DNA of 64,000 nucleotides, from NCBI RefSeq assembly GCF_947568905.1, contig NC_079166.1, forward strand, positions 90,706,001 to 90,770,000. The letters run 5' to 3'. Positions 31,357 to 46,300 of this stretch are shown here, in pieces. Position 1 is the stretch's first letter. Each line of letters begins with the position of its first letter. The translations under genes and the position numbers were made by a program. The notes under the pieces were generated by a model. That model was not told where the DNA came from and did no database searches. It saw only the letters and a program-made list of their open reading frames with translations. Source of the DNA: Ostrea edulis. Its lineage: Eukaryota.

Positions 31357-34300
31357 ATGGCATATACGCAGAAACCCAGATTTCTACTGTTTGCACAATC
31401 AATTTGGATTTTTATGTCTCTACACTTCTCTGGTAAGTATTTAAAACCTTTTACGGATCTTGATGCGTTTCTAAAGAAAGCTTAACTAAAACTACCACTA
31501 CTACTGCTGCTGCTGCTGCTGCTATTACGAACAATCTACTATTGATATTAAGCCACAATTGTTATCACTGATACTACCACGAATCTGCAACTATTTTTTC
31601 TACTTCTCGACGCTACAGTTCTCTTATTCTGTTGTTGTTGCTTGTTTTATGATTCCAAAATTAATCATATAACTGACTGTTACAGTCTTAACGTCGTTTT
31701 CTGGAAATTCTGAAAATTGACCTTCCGAGTTTCCAGTCAGAACACCCAATCAAGCTCTATTTCTCAATCAATATAGGTGCCCAAGACCCCTGCTTAGCAG
31801 AGAATTTCGTGGAGCTAGATCACGTGTCTAAAAGGTATCCTACGTATGCCCTTGACGACAGTCCGCTCTGTGATAGATACTTAACAAAGCGCTGGTACAG
31901 GGCCAAAGATCACGTGATGTCTACATCTCCACCCAGCCTGGCATATTGTGGCACTCTTTACCCCGTTTGGTTACAAGGTAAAGAATATGGATATAATTTC
32001 AGTTCTTGTAAATCACTGCTCGTTATGTTAGCCTTTGTAAACGTAGCAAAATCAAGAAGTCGGCAGACACTGGACATGGCAGAGGTAAGATCATGTGCCT
32101 AGGGAAAATAAGCATCCACTGTCGATCAACCGAACCCACGGTTAACCATTTGTCTCCATCTGGTAAACACAGTTTCATGATTTCAAAATTATTGTGAAAA
32201 GCAAAAGCAAACATTATTTTCTGGAAACTCTGACCTAACGACAAATGATATTCACAAACATTATCAAAATAACCACCATAGAATTGCTAAAATGGCGTTT
32301 GTAAACGTATCCTTATTGCCGTCTATGACATTTAAGAAAGATATATAATAATATAAAGGTTTAACATGACATTGTTATATTCTCAAATAGACAAAAAAAA
32401 TTGAGAGACAAAGATGAAAGTAAAATACCAAAGCGAAAAAAAAACACTCTTAACTGGCAATTGCGAGGTTAAGGTAACTCATTACACTAAAAGTTTATTC
32501 AACAGCTCATTAAAACACCTTTTATGAAGCATCATTTCTCCATTGAAAGAGTAATACAAGCTCTCAATCATTTTATATAATTTTTGTGATTTTTCATGGA
32601 ATGATAAAACGTGCATTTTGTTTGCAAATAAGAAATTCTCGAGTCAAATTTCACTGATTTGGTGTATGATTTGAAAGGCTAATAAAACATGCCTAAAAGA
32701 TTCAGATGGTAGTGTTCTAATTAAAAAATAATATTTATGAAAATTGAAAACGTTTTTTGTTGTCTATTAAGTCTATGGACAAAATCCTAAAAATGCACGC
32801 CAGTCAGAAAAGAGATATATACAGGAACTATATCATCAAAAGAAACCAATTTTTTTTTTAGATATAATCATTCTAATCATACCAGAAAAAAAGTACTAAA
32901 ATAATCATACTGTTGCTAATTGTATACACTGTTCATCAAGGAATTCGTTTCCTTTATAAATTCGTTTAATTTGTAAACCATTTTACACCAAAGGAGTTTT
33001 TTATTACAATGTTCTCCATGACTTCTTTTTTAGAATTCTGATCGGGCTTTGTTCAAATTTGAAAAATTGTAATATTTCTAAATTTTGACCATTTCATTTC
33101 AATATCTCTTTTGAAATATATTTTTCTGATATATTATTTCTCTAATTGACATGACTTTTGAAGATTTTATCCATAAATTAAAAAAGTATTAGTAAATAAT
33201 GTTTTCAACTTTCACAAATATTTTTTTTTATTTAAAAAATTAAATCGTCTGTCTGAATCGTTTAAGAATGTTTTCTTTGATATTCATATTAAGCATCAAA
33301 TTACAGCGAAAATTGTACTCTAGAGTATATTATTTGCAAATAAAGTACGTTTTTTATCATTCCGGTATAAATCACAAAAAATCATATAAAATAAGTGAGA
33401 ACTTATCTTTCGATGGTGAAACCATGCTTCATAAGAGATGTTTTAATGAGCCATTAACTAAAATTTTATTGTAGTGGGTTACCTTAAACTAAAATGGATG
33501 CAATTTGAAATCAAAAATGCAAACAAAAAAAAAAGATAATGAATTAGAATAATAAGTGTGTATCTACATCGTTTAGGAAAAATCGATTCATGTCTTAACT
33601 TTGCATTAATTAGATCCAGTACCAGGGAAGGGAGTGACAGATACACTGACCGCCTGTGAGGTCGGATTTTCTAGCAACTGTGCTAAAAGTTATGAAATTG
33701 ATGTGAAAAACTGCACGTCGTTCCTCGTATATGAACTGAAACCACTTGATGCCTGCAACGCAGCCTACTGTTTTGGTAATAGTCTCTGATACTATGACAT
33801 TTCGAATATATATAGGCATAAAGGAAATACAACACAAAACAAAGGTGACATGGTCTATTTATAAGAATAATATGTTTGATCAGGAGTTGCACGACAATTT
33901 ACGACGTACAAATTCAAAATAATAGCAATATGTCAGACTGTTTACATGTTGTACTCACCAAAGCCAAATGATGTTTGAATATGTGTACATGATTTTTAAA
34001 TATGAAGATATAGCTGTGTAATACAATATTAGGCATGCTTTTGATCCCTAACTTTAGAATAACTAAAATAGATATACATTTAGCATCGCATCACAGACAC
34101 GATGTTTGTTTTACATACTCATCATGTACCAGATTGAAATATTGCTTTTTATCCAGATATTTAATTTTAGTGACATTTTTCTACTTCTATATTTCAGAGC
34201 TTGACAATGATTGTAAGTAAACAAGTTATCTTTAAATACACGTTGGGACGTAATTATAATATCATATTTTAATTTTTTTAACGCTGGACTGTATAAGAAT

Positions 34301-37300
34301 TTACATTGCTTGTTGAATATATCTATGCATTTCTGCGACAAGGTCACTGTGTATCAGATAACCAGACCTTTATAAAGGAGTTCCAGATGAAAAATGATAT
34401 CTTTAACAATAATTACAATGTTTCAAAATCAACAGCTGAGCGTTATGTATTCCTGGTCGTTATCTTCACCTTGCATATTATACCCAGATAAAACAGCATC
34501 CATGCATATAACATTATACCCAGATAAAACATAATTCATGTCTATAAGATTATACCCAGATAAAACAGCATTCATGTCTATAAGATTATACCCAGATAAA
34601 ACAGCATTCATGCATATAACATTATACCCAGATAAAACATCATTCATGTCTATAACATTATACCCAGATAAAACATCATCCATGTCTATAAGATTATACC
34701 CAGATAAAACAGCATTCATGTCTATAAGATTATACCCAGATAAAACAGCATTCATGTCTATAAGATTATACCCAGATAAAACAGCATTCATGTATATAAG
34801 ATTATACCCAGATAAAACAGCATTCATGTATATAAGATGTTTTTTTTTTCTTTTCTGAATGTAAGTAAATGCAAGGTAAAGATAACGAACAGTGATCAAT
34901 ATAATGAATAGCGAATATTTTCATAAATCCATTAAAAATACAAAATTAGGAGGAGGGAAAGCCTCAAGTCAAACCATTGATGAGATCAGCTGTTTATAGG
35001 AGCAAGCATCCCTTGTTGACAAACTATAGTATATCTTGACAAGCTAAAGGAGGTAATCCGTTGTGAAAATCAGTATGTAAACAAAAGTCTAAGAATTGGT
35101 ATAAAACCATCAATTGCATTCGTCCCATTGACAGGTTGCATTTGCAAATTGAACGATCATAACGGCCATAATATGTGCGATAGTTTGACTAAACAAGAGT
35201 GTTGAAACACATTTAACATCAAATTGTTTCACCGCAGTCGGTCTCAATTTAAAAATCTATGCTCCTACATTGAATCTAATTAGTTGTTTTCTGTATATTT
35301 GTAAAAAGGCCATTATACATTAATGCATTGTAAATTGATATTGCTTAGGGGTCATCCATAATTGTCAATCATTTTCCAAAGTGTGCATAAAGCACACTTT
35401 TTGAGACCCCCCCTCAAAAAGTGTACATCACCCATTTTCAAATTAGAGTGGTTAGTGTATTCATTTTCAGTAAAATATCTCAGTACAAAGCAGATCTGGA
35501 GGATTCTGTGATGTCTATCATTTCGAGTTCACAGAAATATATCCAATAGACATATAAATGAAAATCATCATTGTTAATGAATAAAAATCCGTCTATATCT
35601 CTAAATGTCGAGCAGAAGACTACAAAGAGAAATTTCTAGGCCACCTGAGTAAACTCACGTGACCCATTGCACTTAATCTGCGTCTCTTGTCGTTCGTTGA
35701 CAGTCGTGCGTTAACAATTGAAAATTTTTAACTTCTTGATAACTACCATTCCAATTCTTTTCAAATTCAATATGAAACATCTTTGGAACAAGGAGGGGGG
35801 GGGGCATAAATTTTAATTTTCAGGATTGCAGCATCCCTGGGGTTTTTAGGGAGGGGGGGGGGCTGTCAAAAATCGACCAATTTTCAATCTTCTCCAGAAC
35901 CACAAAGAAAACTTTTTAGATCGGTAAAACCTTCCCAAAGAGGGTGGTTTGTCGAGCCATGCCTCGTCCACCCCGTGGCAAAAACAATCCATGTGAAAAA
36001 TAAATACCGGCAATGTGTTGATTATGCATTACATTCAAGCGCACAAAAGACGTAGATGGAATCACGATAAAATAAAACCGAACTCCGCGGATACGAAATA
36101 AATCCGGAAGAGAAAAAAAGAACGTACGGTAAAATTGTCGATTTTTACCCCCCTCCCCCGAGCGTGCTTTTTGCGCACTTTGGAAAATGGTTGACAATTA
36201 TGGATGACCCCTTAGATTTCTTCAAATCATTTTTCTACAAACACTTGGTCCAATGCATAAAAGAAAATGCTATTGATGATGATTAATTATCGATAGTTCC
36301 AGATGCACCGATTTTCCTTTGTACAATTAACAGGTGTGGAAAAGTCGGTGGAGAACATTCAAGTTTCCTTTCATAACGTATCTTGGACAACAGCTGTACA
36401 AAAAATTGCAGCAGGAAAAACTCAGTATGATCCACAGGTCAATCTGATTTGCTCCTTCACACCTGCTGCTGATGATACGCTATTGTACCACATAACCTGG
36501 TACGTCGACAACAACATTCTGATTAAAAGTCTGACTGTTGATAAGACATCCCTACAGAACGCAATACTCTCTGCTGATGATCTCCACAATGCCGGGAAAA
36601 AGATTGGTATCTGGGTATGCAGATTACTTTGGGTATGCAAACTAAATTTAGCGATGTAGTTCACCGATATATCCCTTTAATCCCATAGGATTATTTCTTT
36701 GTAGATACAATGCATTGTAGGACTAACGAACTCAGAGGATAAACTACCATGTGTTACAAAGGGGAGCACTCTTTTTTTTGCTGGAATAGAGGTTGGTACA
36801 CAGTGGTAAAAATACTATAAGACTAAGTCTGCAGTTTAAATACATTTAAGGTTTTAGGCAACGTGTTTGCTTTTGTCATATTTTTACTGAACATTTCGTA
36901 ATGTAATTACTGTACATTTCCACAGTTGTATAACGAAACAATATTGTTCAATCAATGTCATGATTTAAACAATATTAGTGCATTTTGATTGAGAAAGATA
37001 TCGATATACCAATTAAAGTAGTTAATACCGTATTTATCCATGCACATTTTAAATTATTTAAGATGTTTTCCAGACAAAGTTTTGAAACCTATTTTGCGTG
37101 TTTACAAAACACGCTCTATATAATACAGTTTAACATTTTGTATCAAAAGAACGTGACTAGTATGTTTTCTGTGTGATGACATTACACGGTTCTTATAAAT
37201 AGATCACGTAATTACCCTAAAAGAAAATAAAACAAAAAACCACAACTCCACCCCCAATATAAAAACCCGGTCAAAGTAGGGCTTATACATATATCTAGGT

Positions 37301-40300
37301 GGTATACCTTCGCTTATCACCTTTCATGGATGAGATTTGAATAAGAGACGCAAGTGGAACTGTATAAGCCTAGTAAGATGGTCAACAACATTCCTTCAGT
37401 AAAGTTTTCTATAACATATGAGTCGGTCTCGAAGCGTGTATCCCCTATTTGTTTTTACAAATTTGTTGTGAGCCTTTACATATATCAGAACCTTAACAGT
37501 AATCATTTTACAAGCTTACACAAAGTAGAAAATGACAATTTTGAACGACTTATGACGGGATTAGCTAGGAAATCACATATTGTGGAGAAATTATCGTTTT
37601 TGTTGGATATAGGTGGTATCCAGCATGAGAGTTTAACGGGGTTCTGTTAGTCGTTTCTAATGGTGATTTTTAATTCAAGGTTTTGAATGAGACGCTTACG
37701 GTTGAGAGACAGGGCCATTCAACCATTATGGTACGTCCAACCATCCCTTTCGGCTCCGAAACAATAGATATTGGAAGACAGATCACAAGTCCTTTGAATA
37801 TACAGTTGTCATTCGTGGACGACAATATCAAGGCCAAGTGCCAAGCTAATGGAGGCCTTGCCCAATGTTCTATTACAATACCAAGCTACACGTACGATGA
37901 AAGACAAAAGTATGACGATACAACAAACTGGTATAAAATCTACACAATGACGGTCTATAACTCCGATCAGGAGGGATATTATATTGATGATCGCCGCTTG
38001 GTACTAAGACTAGAAACAAACAACCCATCAGGCATTGGAGCTAGACTATTTGGTGGTGTCGTGCTTCCAGATGTATCCGTAAGTTTTACGGTTCATATGT
38101 AATTCTTTGTGTAAATATTACAGCACATAAGTTGCAACAGCGATATGTCAATATGGACCACGACCGTCATACAAGTTACTTCAAATCAGAACACCATGAT
38201 CTTACATTTCCATACCAGTAGCTCTTCTATTTTTATTTACAATATGTCAAAATATTGTTGCAAGGCACACAATGAAATAGAAAACAAATACATAATTTAA
38301 CGAGCAATAAGGAATATCTCTGTTAATGACTTTTAATTACTTTTATATTCTGCATTTCTGCTAAAATTCATCGAATAAACTTCCAATCATTTATGAAAGA
38401 GGCCAATCCAAGGGGTTTGAGTTAGGGGTAACATAATAGTTTACATACATGATTTCCACATTCTACTTTGAATGACCTTTGCTCCTTTTATTGACATTAA
38501 AAATCTCCATCATTTACGATCTTTATGCATTGTACAATATAAAGTTCTCATAACTCCTATAAGCAATACAACATATATAGTTGGGCAAACACGGACCCCA
38601 TGGACACACCAGAGGTGGGAGCAGGTGCCTAGGAGGAGTACGCATCCCCTGTCGACCGGTCACACCCTTTGTGAGCCCTATATCCTGATCAGGTAAACGG
38701 AGTCATCCGTAATCAAAATCAGTGTCCCAAGAACGGCCTGATAATCGGTATGAAACACGTCAGACAGCATTTGACCCAAATGATAGGTTTTATTGACGAA
38801 CTAGATCGTTATAACGACCATAGAATTTGCGAAATGCTGACTTCAATCCAGACTATTGAAACTCCTGTACCATCAACGTGTTTGTCAGTAGCTTTCCTCG
38901 ATTTAAAAACTGACTATACGCAGAACAAGCTCTTGCGTATTGAATCAGTTGAGATATATAGACACCACATGCAGGTGATAATGGATAATCAATATTAGAA
39001 TATGAAAAAGATACATGTGTACGTTTGTCACCTGCTGGAATCACTTATCTGATTTAGAGTCTTTTTTCTTTCAATATACGTTTAATATTTTAGATAATGA
39101 CTGTATGCAACTTTTTTTCTATATCTCTCTTCCGTAACTTGTTATAGATATTTTGTATGGGTTTCTAAGCAGAATCTTTTTAAATAATAAGAAAAGCTTC
39201 TATATAAATACATTATTTCAGATCAATATCGTGGAGTCAAATGAAGCGTGGAAGGGAAAGCGATGCAGCTCGTATATCGACCCACATTTAACATCCTTTG
39301 ATGGATTGTGAGCATCCATTCAAATTATGTCAAAGTCAGCAAATATCGGCACGTAGTATGAATGATAAAAAGTGAACTTTATTCTATTTCAGAGCCTTCG
39401 AATGCCAGGCAACAGGATGCATTACAGGGAAGACATACACATTCTACAAAAACAGCGATCATCTACAAGAGGTAGGCTTTGAATGTGAACGTTGAAAGAA
39501 ATACTAATTTTGATACAATTTTATGAATATAGTTCGAACAGTGATTAATCTCGTAACTCCCAAAATGAATACAATACTACGAGTTGGGGAAACACGGACC
39601 CTGGATATACCAGAGGGGGGAATCAGGTACCCAAGAGGAGTAAACATACCCTGTCGACCATGAACCCTATCAGGTAAACGGGGTTATCCGTAGTCAAATT
39701 ATGTGTGTCAATTGAATGGCTTAATAATCGTTATGAAACATGCCGTCTTGCATTTTACACAATGGCAGGTTGTGTTAGCAAACTAGATTGTTACGACCAT
39801 GGCATTTGCGAAATGCTGGTTTTGAACGAACCCGTTGACCCCCTGTATATGAAATATGTCTAGGATTTAAGAGTTTCGGATTTTCCTCGATGACTTCCAG
39901 TGGACCAGCCCTCTTCCTAAACATTTGCGTGTCGGGGGTTGAGATCCTCGACACGGATACTCTTTAACACCTTCTGCAACGTGCATCGCTGTTTTCGAAA
40001 AACGAAATATAAACGCATAAAAAAAATCACATTTCATCGGATCTGAACATAAGTAATACATGACCCGAGAGTTAACAGCGAAGTACCCTGCTATACCAAT
40101 AAAGAGAGACGATTTCTGGTGTTTTTGGTATGGGCGAGTTTAATATACACTGCCTGGAGTTGTTATTTCAGTATTTGCTATCGTCTTTAGATGCGGTGAG
40201 TATGGACCTCTTTTGTCACAGTATAGACATTTCAAACTTATAACATGACCGTCTCCTAGCCTTGGAAATTCTGGTGCGAATAATGTGTACCAGAATGCAT

Positions 40301-43300
40301 TGAATAATTCAAAATACGTTCGTATGCAAGTAAACAAGTTTAAGCAACATGAAAGGTACCTTCGAAGAAAGCATTTTTTTTTTACTAGACTCTCTGTAAA
40401 AATATGAAACACAGAATGTGTAAACAAATCACATCTAAACAAATGACGTCTGCCATGTGATCACAAAGACTGAAATTGTAAATGACTACCGATTATCTGA
40501 GACGTGAAATTCATTTCAAAATTAAGGATTATCTCCCTCATGCCTAGCTCTTATCCTTAGACGAATTTGACTCCACTTTTTTGGCACCCCTATAATAACT
40601 CTAGTAAGTTTATTGTTATTTCGGATTTCGAACATTTCGGTTGAGCATCAATGAAGAAACATTATTTGTCGAAATGCGCATCTGGTGCATCAAAATTGGT
40701 ACCGTATAAGTTTTACATAATGACCCCTGGGTCGAAGCCTCTGCTGGTGGACTGTTAGTCCCCGAGGGTCTCTACAGCCCAGTAGCTAGGTATTTCGTTA
40801 TTAGCTCGAAAATACGGATGTATATTTAAATGCAGTGATAAAATTTAGAAATTCATTTCAAAATAAAGGATTATCTCCCTCATGGATAGCTCTTATCCTT
40901 AGACGAATTTGACTCCACTTTTTTGGCACTCTGTTTCTCCCTATAATAGGTCTAGCAAGTTTATTGTTATTTCGGATTTCTAACATTTCGGTTGAGCATC
41001 ACTGAAGACACATTATTTGTCAAATGCGCATCTGGTGCATGAAAATTGGTACCGTATAAGTTTTACACGTGAATGAGAAAGACAAATACAGAAAATGAAT
41101 GTTATTCATAACTATGTCCTGCACCTAGATATGAAAATACTGTGAATATCATAATACAATGATAATGAGGTGCTTATAATAGAGAATGATTGATTTCGTG
41201 AATCAAAAATAGATTTGAAAAATCAGGAACGTGGCAAACATAAACTTTTGGAAATACCAGGAGTGAAATCAGATGTTTTTCAGAAGTAAGCACCGCTTAA
41301 TGACCGATGCCACAATTATTCAAAGGATCAGTAATGTATTTACATGGTCCATCTGTGTTTTATCCAGGTCCAGGTACGACATGCTAATTGTTGGGGCTCA
41401 CCACGGTGTGCATGTGCAGTAGCAGCTAGATCGGGTCAAGGTGTGTTCACAATGGACTTCTGTGACTCAAGACGATACATCAATTTCCCTATATGTAAAG
41501 ACAAATCACTGAAGGTCATCAAAGAAACAGACAAACTATTTAAGGTTAGTTTTCATTCCGTCTATGATTTAACAAAATAGCTGAACATGATGTATTAATA
41601 AAGGTTTTGAAATAGCTGATATTCAGTATTTAATAAAACAGTCTATCAAGCTGCTGTGAAGTATTCCAATATATAATGTTATGACATTTAATTTTGCACA
41701 GCCCTGTGTTAACAGTGAAAAAGAACAAAACCTGGGAGAAACGTTACTACTTTCTTGCTAAAAAATAAAACTTCTAGACATTTCTTTCTTATAATCAGAG
41801 TGTGTCATACAACTTAATTCCATATGTTATTAGAACATGGGAATATTTGTTCAAATTGAAAATATTTTTTTATGTGTGGTTGCAGGATGCTTTATGCATT
41901 GTTCATGGAATTTATTTTTAAATATAGATAATTTTTCCAACTGGGACTTACGTCAAAGTGATGTTATACGATTATGGATCATGGTACATGAACATTGAAG
42001 TCTATCCAACTGTTGCTGATGTACAGAAAACATCAGGACTCTGTGGGGTTTTGGATGATGATACAACAAATGATCTTCGTCTTTTGGATGGATCGATCAG
42101 CACTTCTAGTCCTCCGGACGATTTCTCTTTATCATGGAAGTGTGTAATTTAGAAAGGCATTCATTTATCATATTCTTTGTTTTATTGCATAACACATATC
42201 CGTTTTGCTGAAGTTTTTATTGTAAGCTCAAATAAATGTTTCCATGACAAGATTTTAAAACTGATTTTATATTACATATGCAGTTTTTAATTCATAATTT
42301 ACGTTGTGCCCCAGATTACCAGATGGCAGCGATGATGATCTCCTGTCTCACTCACAGTCTGTATATGACACCCTAGCTCCGTTGTCAACCTACTTCCAAA
42401 AATTGTGCACATGTGATGGCGGATAAACGTATTGTAGTTACAAAAAATATGTAGACTGTGAGACAAATGTAAAAGGAAAGGAATATCAATGTATCTTACA
42501 CAATAGCGCCAGGAAAAAACGAGACCTGGAATTCATTCATAATGTCCAAAAAAGAGAACAACAGTCAGAAACTAAGATGCAGGTATATAGTGATATCAAT
42601 AGTATAATAAGCAAATTTGCTTCATCGTTTATGTGTAGCGAATATACAACAGTGTTTTCATCCAACATACGGGCATTAATATTTTTGTAGCGAGTCGTGA
42701 GAAGTAAGCGGCAGGTGATAGATGTGGCAGAGGCTCAGCAGACATGCTACACAGTGTTTGATGAATCACAGCTCTATGCAACGTGTCTTGAAGTAGTGCC
42801 AAATTTTAGCAATGAAAGTGTGGAAAACTGCATTATGGATTTGTCTGTAAGTTTATGCATATTGAATACACACTGGGGTCAATGGTTGTGGAGTAAAGAC
42901 ATTTCAACTTATAAAATCTTCTTCTTTTTATAGATGACTGGAGAGGAAAACCTCACACAAATACATCTTGAAACTGCTCTCGGACAATGTCAGGCATATA
43001 TTGTGCTGAATTCAACTCTGAAAAAAGAACAGTCTAACTTTACAGAGATAATGATCAATTTATGCCCAAATAATTGCAGCGGTAACGGTATTTGTTCTGG
43101 AGGTAAGTTGAAACTGTTTTAATTCATATATTCCTAATGTTAAATATCATCAGAGATATAGTTTGTAAAAAATGAAATGCTCCCTATATTTTAGGAAACT
43201 GTACGTGTAACTATGGATACGGTGGAAGCGACTGTTCGTTTGATATTCTCTCCCCACCGACAATAACCAAAATATCAGACGATGGGTTGTGCGATAAAAC

Positions 43301-46300
43301 CGAGGAGGCGTGCGATGATATCACACTGTATGGCCAATACTTCTTGGAAAACATGGGGACTACATGCTACGTAAATCGACAAGAGGTAAAAATAGAAACA
43401 ATTCTAAAATGTTTTCAGATCCTATCTAAATTTGTTGACAGACTTGTTCGGTATTACAAATGATAATTAAAGGGATTTTCGAAAGACAAAATATGTTATT
43501 AATCTCATAAATTTATGCAACAACAATGTTCTGAAGAACCGTTGATACCATAAATATCCCTCATTGCTAAATAATCTTGAGTACATAAACTATTAGGTAT
43601 GTGACATTTTGAAATATATATATAAATGAACAGTTCTGGAAAGGATATTAAGCTATATGTACAATGTAACAATGATGCTACATTATATTTAAACCATAGA
43701 TAACAGAAACAAAGAATATTTCTTCACAAGAGTCCTACACCGTTAGCCTAGAGGAGAGAACCTTGTATGAAGGATATTGTAGACTTGATTATTCACTGAC
43801 CAACACATGGAGTACGACGTTTCAGTTCAAGATATCTAATGATGGCATTCAGTTCTCAGAGATATATTCTGTGTATGTCTATCAATCTCAATGCCAAATA
43901 TTCAACAACGATACCGGAAGTGTTTATTTCACTCTACAGGTCAGTCATGTATCAAAATTCAGTGTCAAACGATTCAAAGTATTCAGCTTGTTTTCGTTGT
44001 AAATTCACGTGGAATTAATTATTTTAAGACATTGTTTCCGTTGTAAATTCACATGGAATTAATGATTTTAAGACATTGTTTCCGTTGTAAATTAACATGT
44101 AATTAATTATTTTTAGGATGGATATTGTTACATCAACGGGAGCTGTATTCAGAAAGGTGAATTCAGTGGTAACGACTCCTGCTACCGGTGTGACCCTGAT
44201 ACACACAGATATGATTGGACATATGGTATGTATTTGATGAGCCAATGTCGTAGATCGGATTTTGTTTTGTTTGTTCTGTACAATCGTTTGTTTTATTCAT
44301 TATCCACTTTAACTGTTGTCATTACAATTGTCCTATACCGGGTGAAATTTTCACCTTTATTTCAAATGCTAGATCACTGTACACCATGTAATGAATATCC
44401 TGTGAAATCCTGAAACGTTAAGGCGCAATATGCATTGATTCCGAGGGTGCAAATCCTCCCTAAGATATCAAACTAAAGCTAAATTGATATTCTATTTACT
44501 GTTTCAATGTATTGTAACAATACCCATGAAATTACAGCTGTGTGAAATCTTGACAAACCTCGAAAATTAGCATCTAAGAACTGAGAACATTACACAGTAT
44601 TGTAGACGGATATCATGTATCAAATGACATGGATTGGGTTTAGTCGCAGTATGAGGCGTACAGTTTACGAAACATACATTGTTGTGACTAAAAGTGACTT
44701 TGCATTACATGGCGGACTCTCAGAAACATTTTGTTATATTTATTATGATACGCACTAGTAGGAAAACTAACTCCTTGTTGTTTTCTGAGTAGATTGTAAC
44801 ACGACAGTATTAACAACCCAGGACACGGGGACGACAGCTTCCACTACACCATACACAAGTACGACTTCCAAAGGCGCCCAAACGACTCGTACCATTTCTA
44901 GCAGTACCTCCGCTCCAGGCACTATTTCTACCGGCGCTCAAACAACTGTCGGCATTTCTAGCAGTACCTCCGCTCCAGGCACCACTTCTACAGGCGCTCA
45001 AACGACTCTCGGCATTTCTCCCAGCACTTCCGCTACAGGTACTACTTCTACAGGCGCTCAAACGACTCTCGGCATTTCTAGCAGTACTTCCGCTCCAGGC
45101 ACTACTTCTACAGGCGCCCAAATGACTCTCGGCATTTCTAGCAGCACTTCCGCTCCAGGCACTACTTCTACAGGCGCTCAAACGACTCTCGCCATTTCTA
45201 GCAGTACTTCCGCTCCAGGCACTACTTCTACAGGCGCTCAAAGGACTCTCAGCATTTCTAGCAGTACCTCCGCTCCAGCCACTACTTCTACAGGCGCCCA
45301 AACGACTCGTAGCATTTCCAGCAGTGTCTCCCCTTCATACACCACTTCCACATCTCCATCAACAAAGACACAGTCAACACCTTTGACTTCAACTTCACAG
45401 TCAACATCACAGTCAACTGCATCACTGCCCCTGGTCTCATCCTCTACTGATAGTGTAAATTTAAAGACCACATCACCATCATTGAATGATATAGACGACA
45501 ATTCACACAAAAGCACCAAACAGGATACTGAATTATCAGAGCGGGCTATAGGGTTAATCTGTGCAGTGGCTTTTGTTACCGTGGCAATAATTTCCCTCAC
45601 CGGATATTTGCTCAAAGCAAAATATAGCAAAAGGTTGGTGTAAATTGATATCCATTCATTTCTTTTAAAGCTTACTCTCAGTGACATGGTCTGCGAATTT
45701 AAACCCCGATATTTGCCACAAAGCCCCATTGTTGTATATAAAATCATAAGCATAGCTCGCATTCATACACTCTACACTCAATCAGGGGATTATTTGTATT
45801 AATATAATCCAATTTGCAATCGGCTCACTCACCAGGAACTTCTCGAAGTACTCTTTGACATGATTACTTTTTATTCTAGAATTCAACAAACAGACATACT
45901 AAGCTACCTTCTTCACAACTTAAAACAGACCAAACTGTATGCGTGTACACTGGTCGTATAGTTATACACACATGTAACATATGAATGCTCATTGAAACAT
46001 GAATTTGTTACAGGATATTTCTATCGTATAATGTTGTTTTAATTTTAATGCAACACAGCCCGAGGCATCGCCTAATTTCTCGCACATTATGTATTCTTCG
46101 TAAACCACCTCATACAGACAGTGCATTGAAGAGAAATGGTGTATATTTTCATGAAAAAAATATGCACAGTCTCATCGTTCACAACACCATGAAGGTAAAT
46201 TTTCTTGTGACCGTTGCGTAATATACAATGAAAAGGTGAATATCTATCTCATAACTCACATAAGGAATACAAAAGTAAGAGCTGGGCAAACACATATAAT

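Noticed and set aside
34429-34899. Repetitive ORFs over minisatellites (also 20200-20541, 61921-62235)
   Set aside because: Open only because the unit length is a multiple of 3. They lie in introns of other genes and have no independent support.
44810-45762. Long minus-strand ORFs (163 aa, 174 aa)
   Set aside because: Antisense shadows of the mucin repeat and TM exon of gene B.
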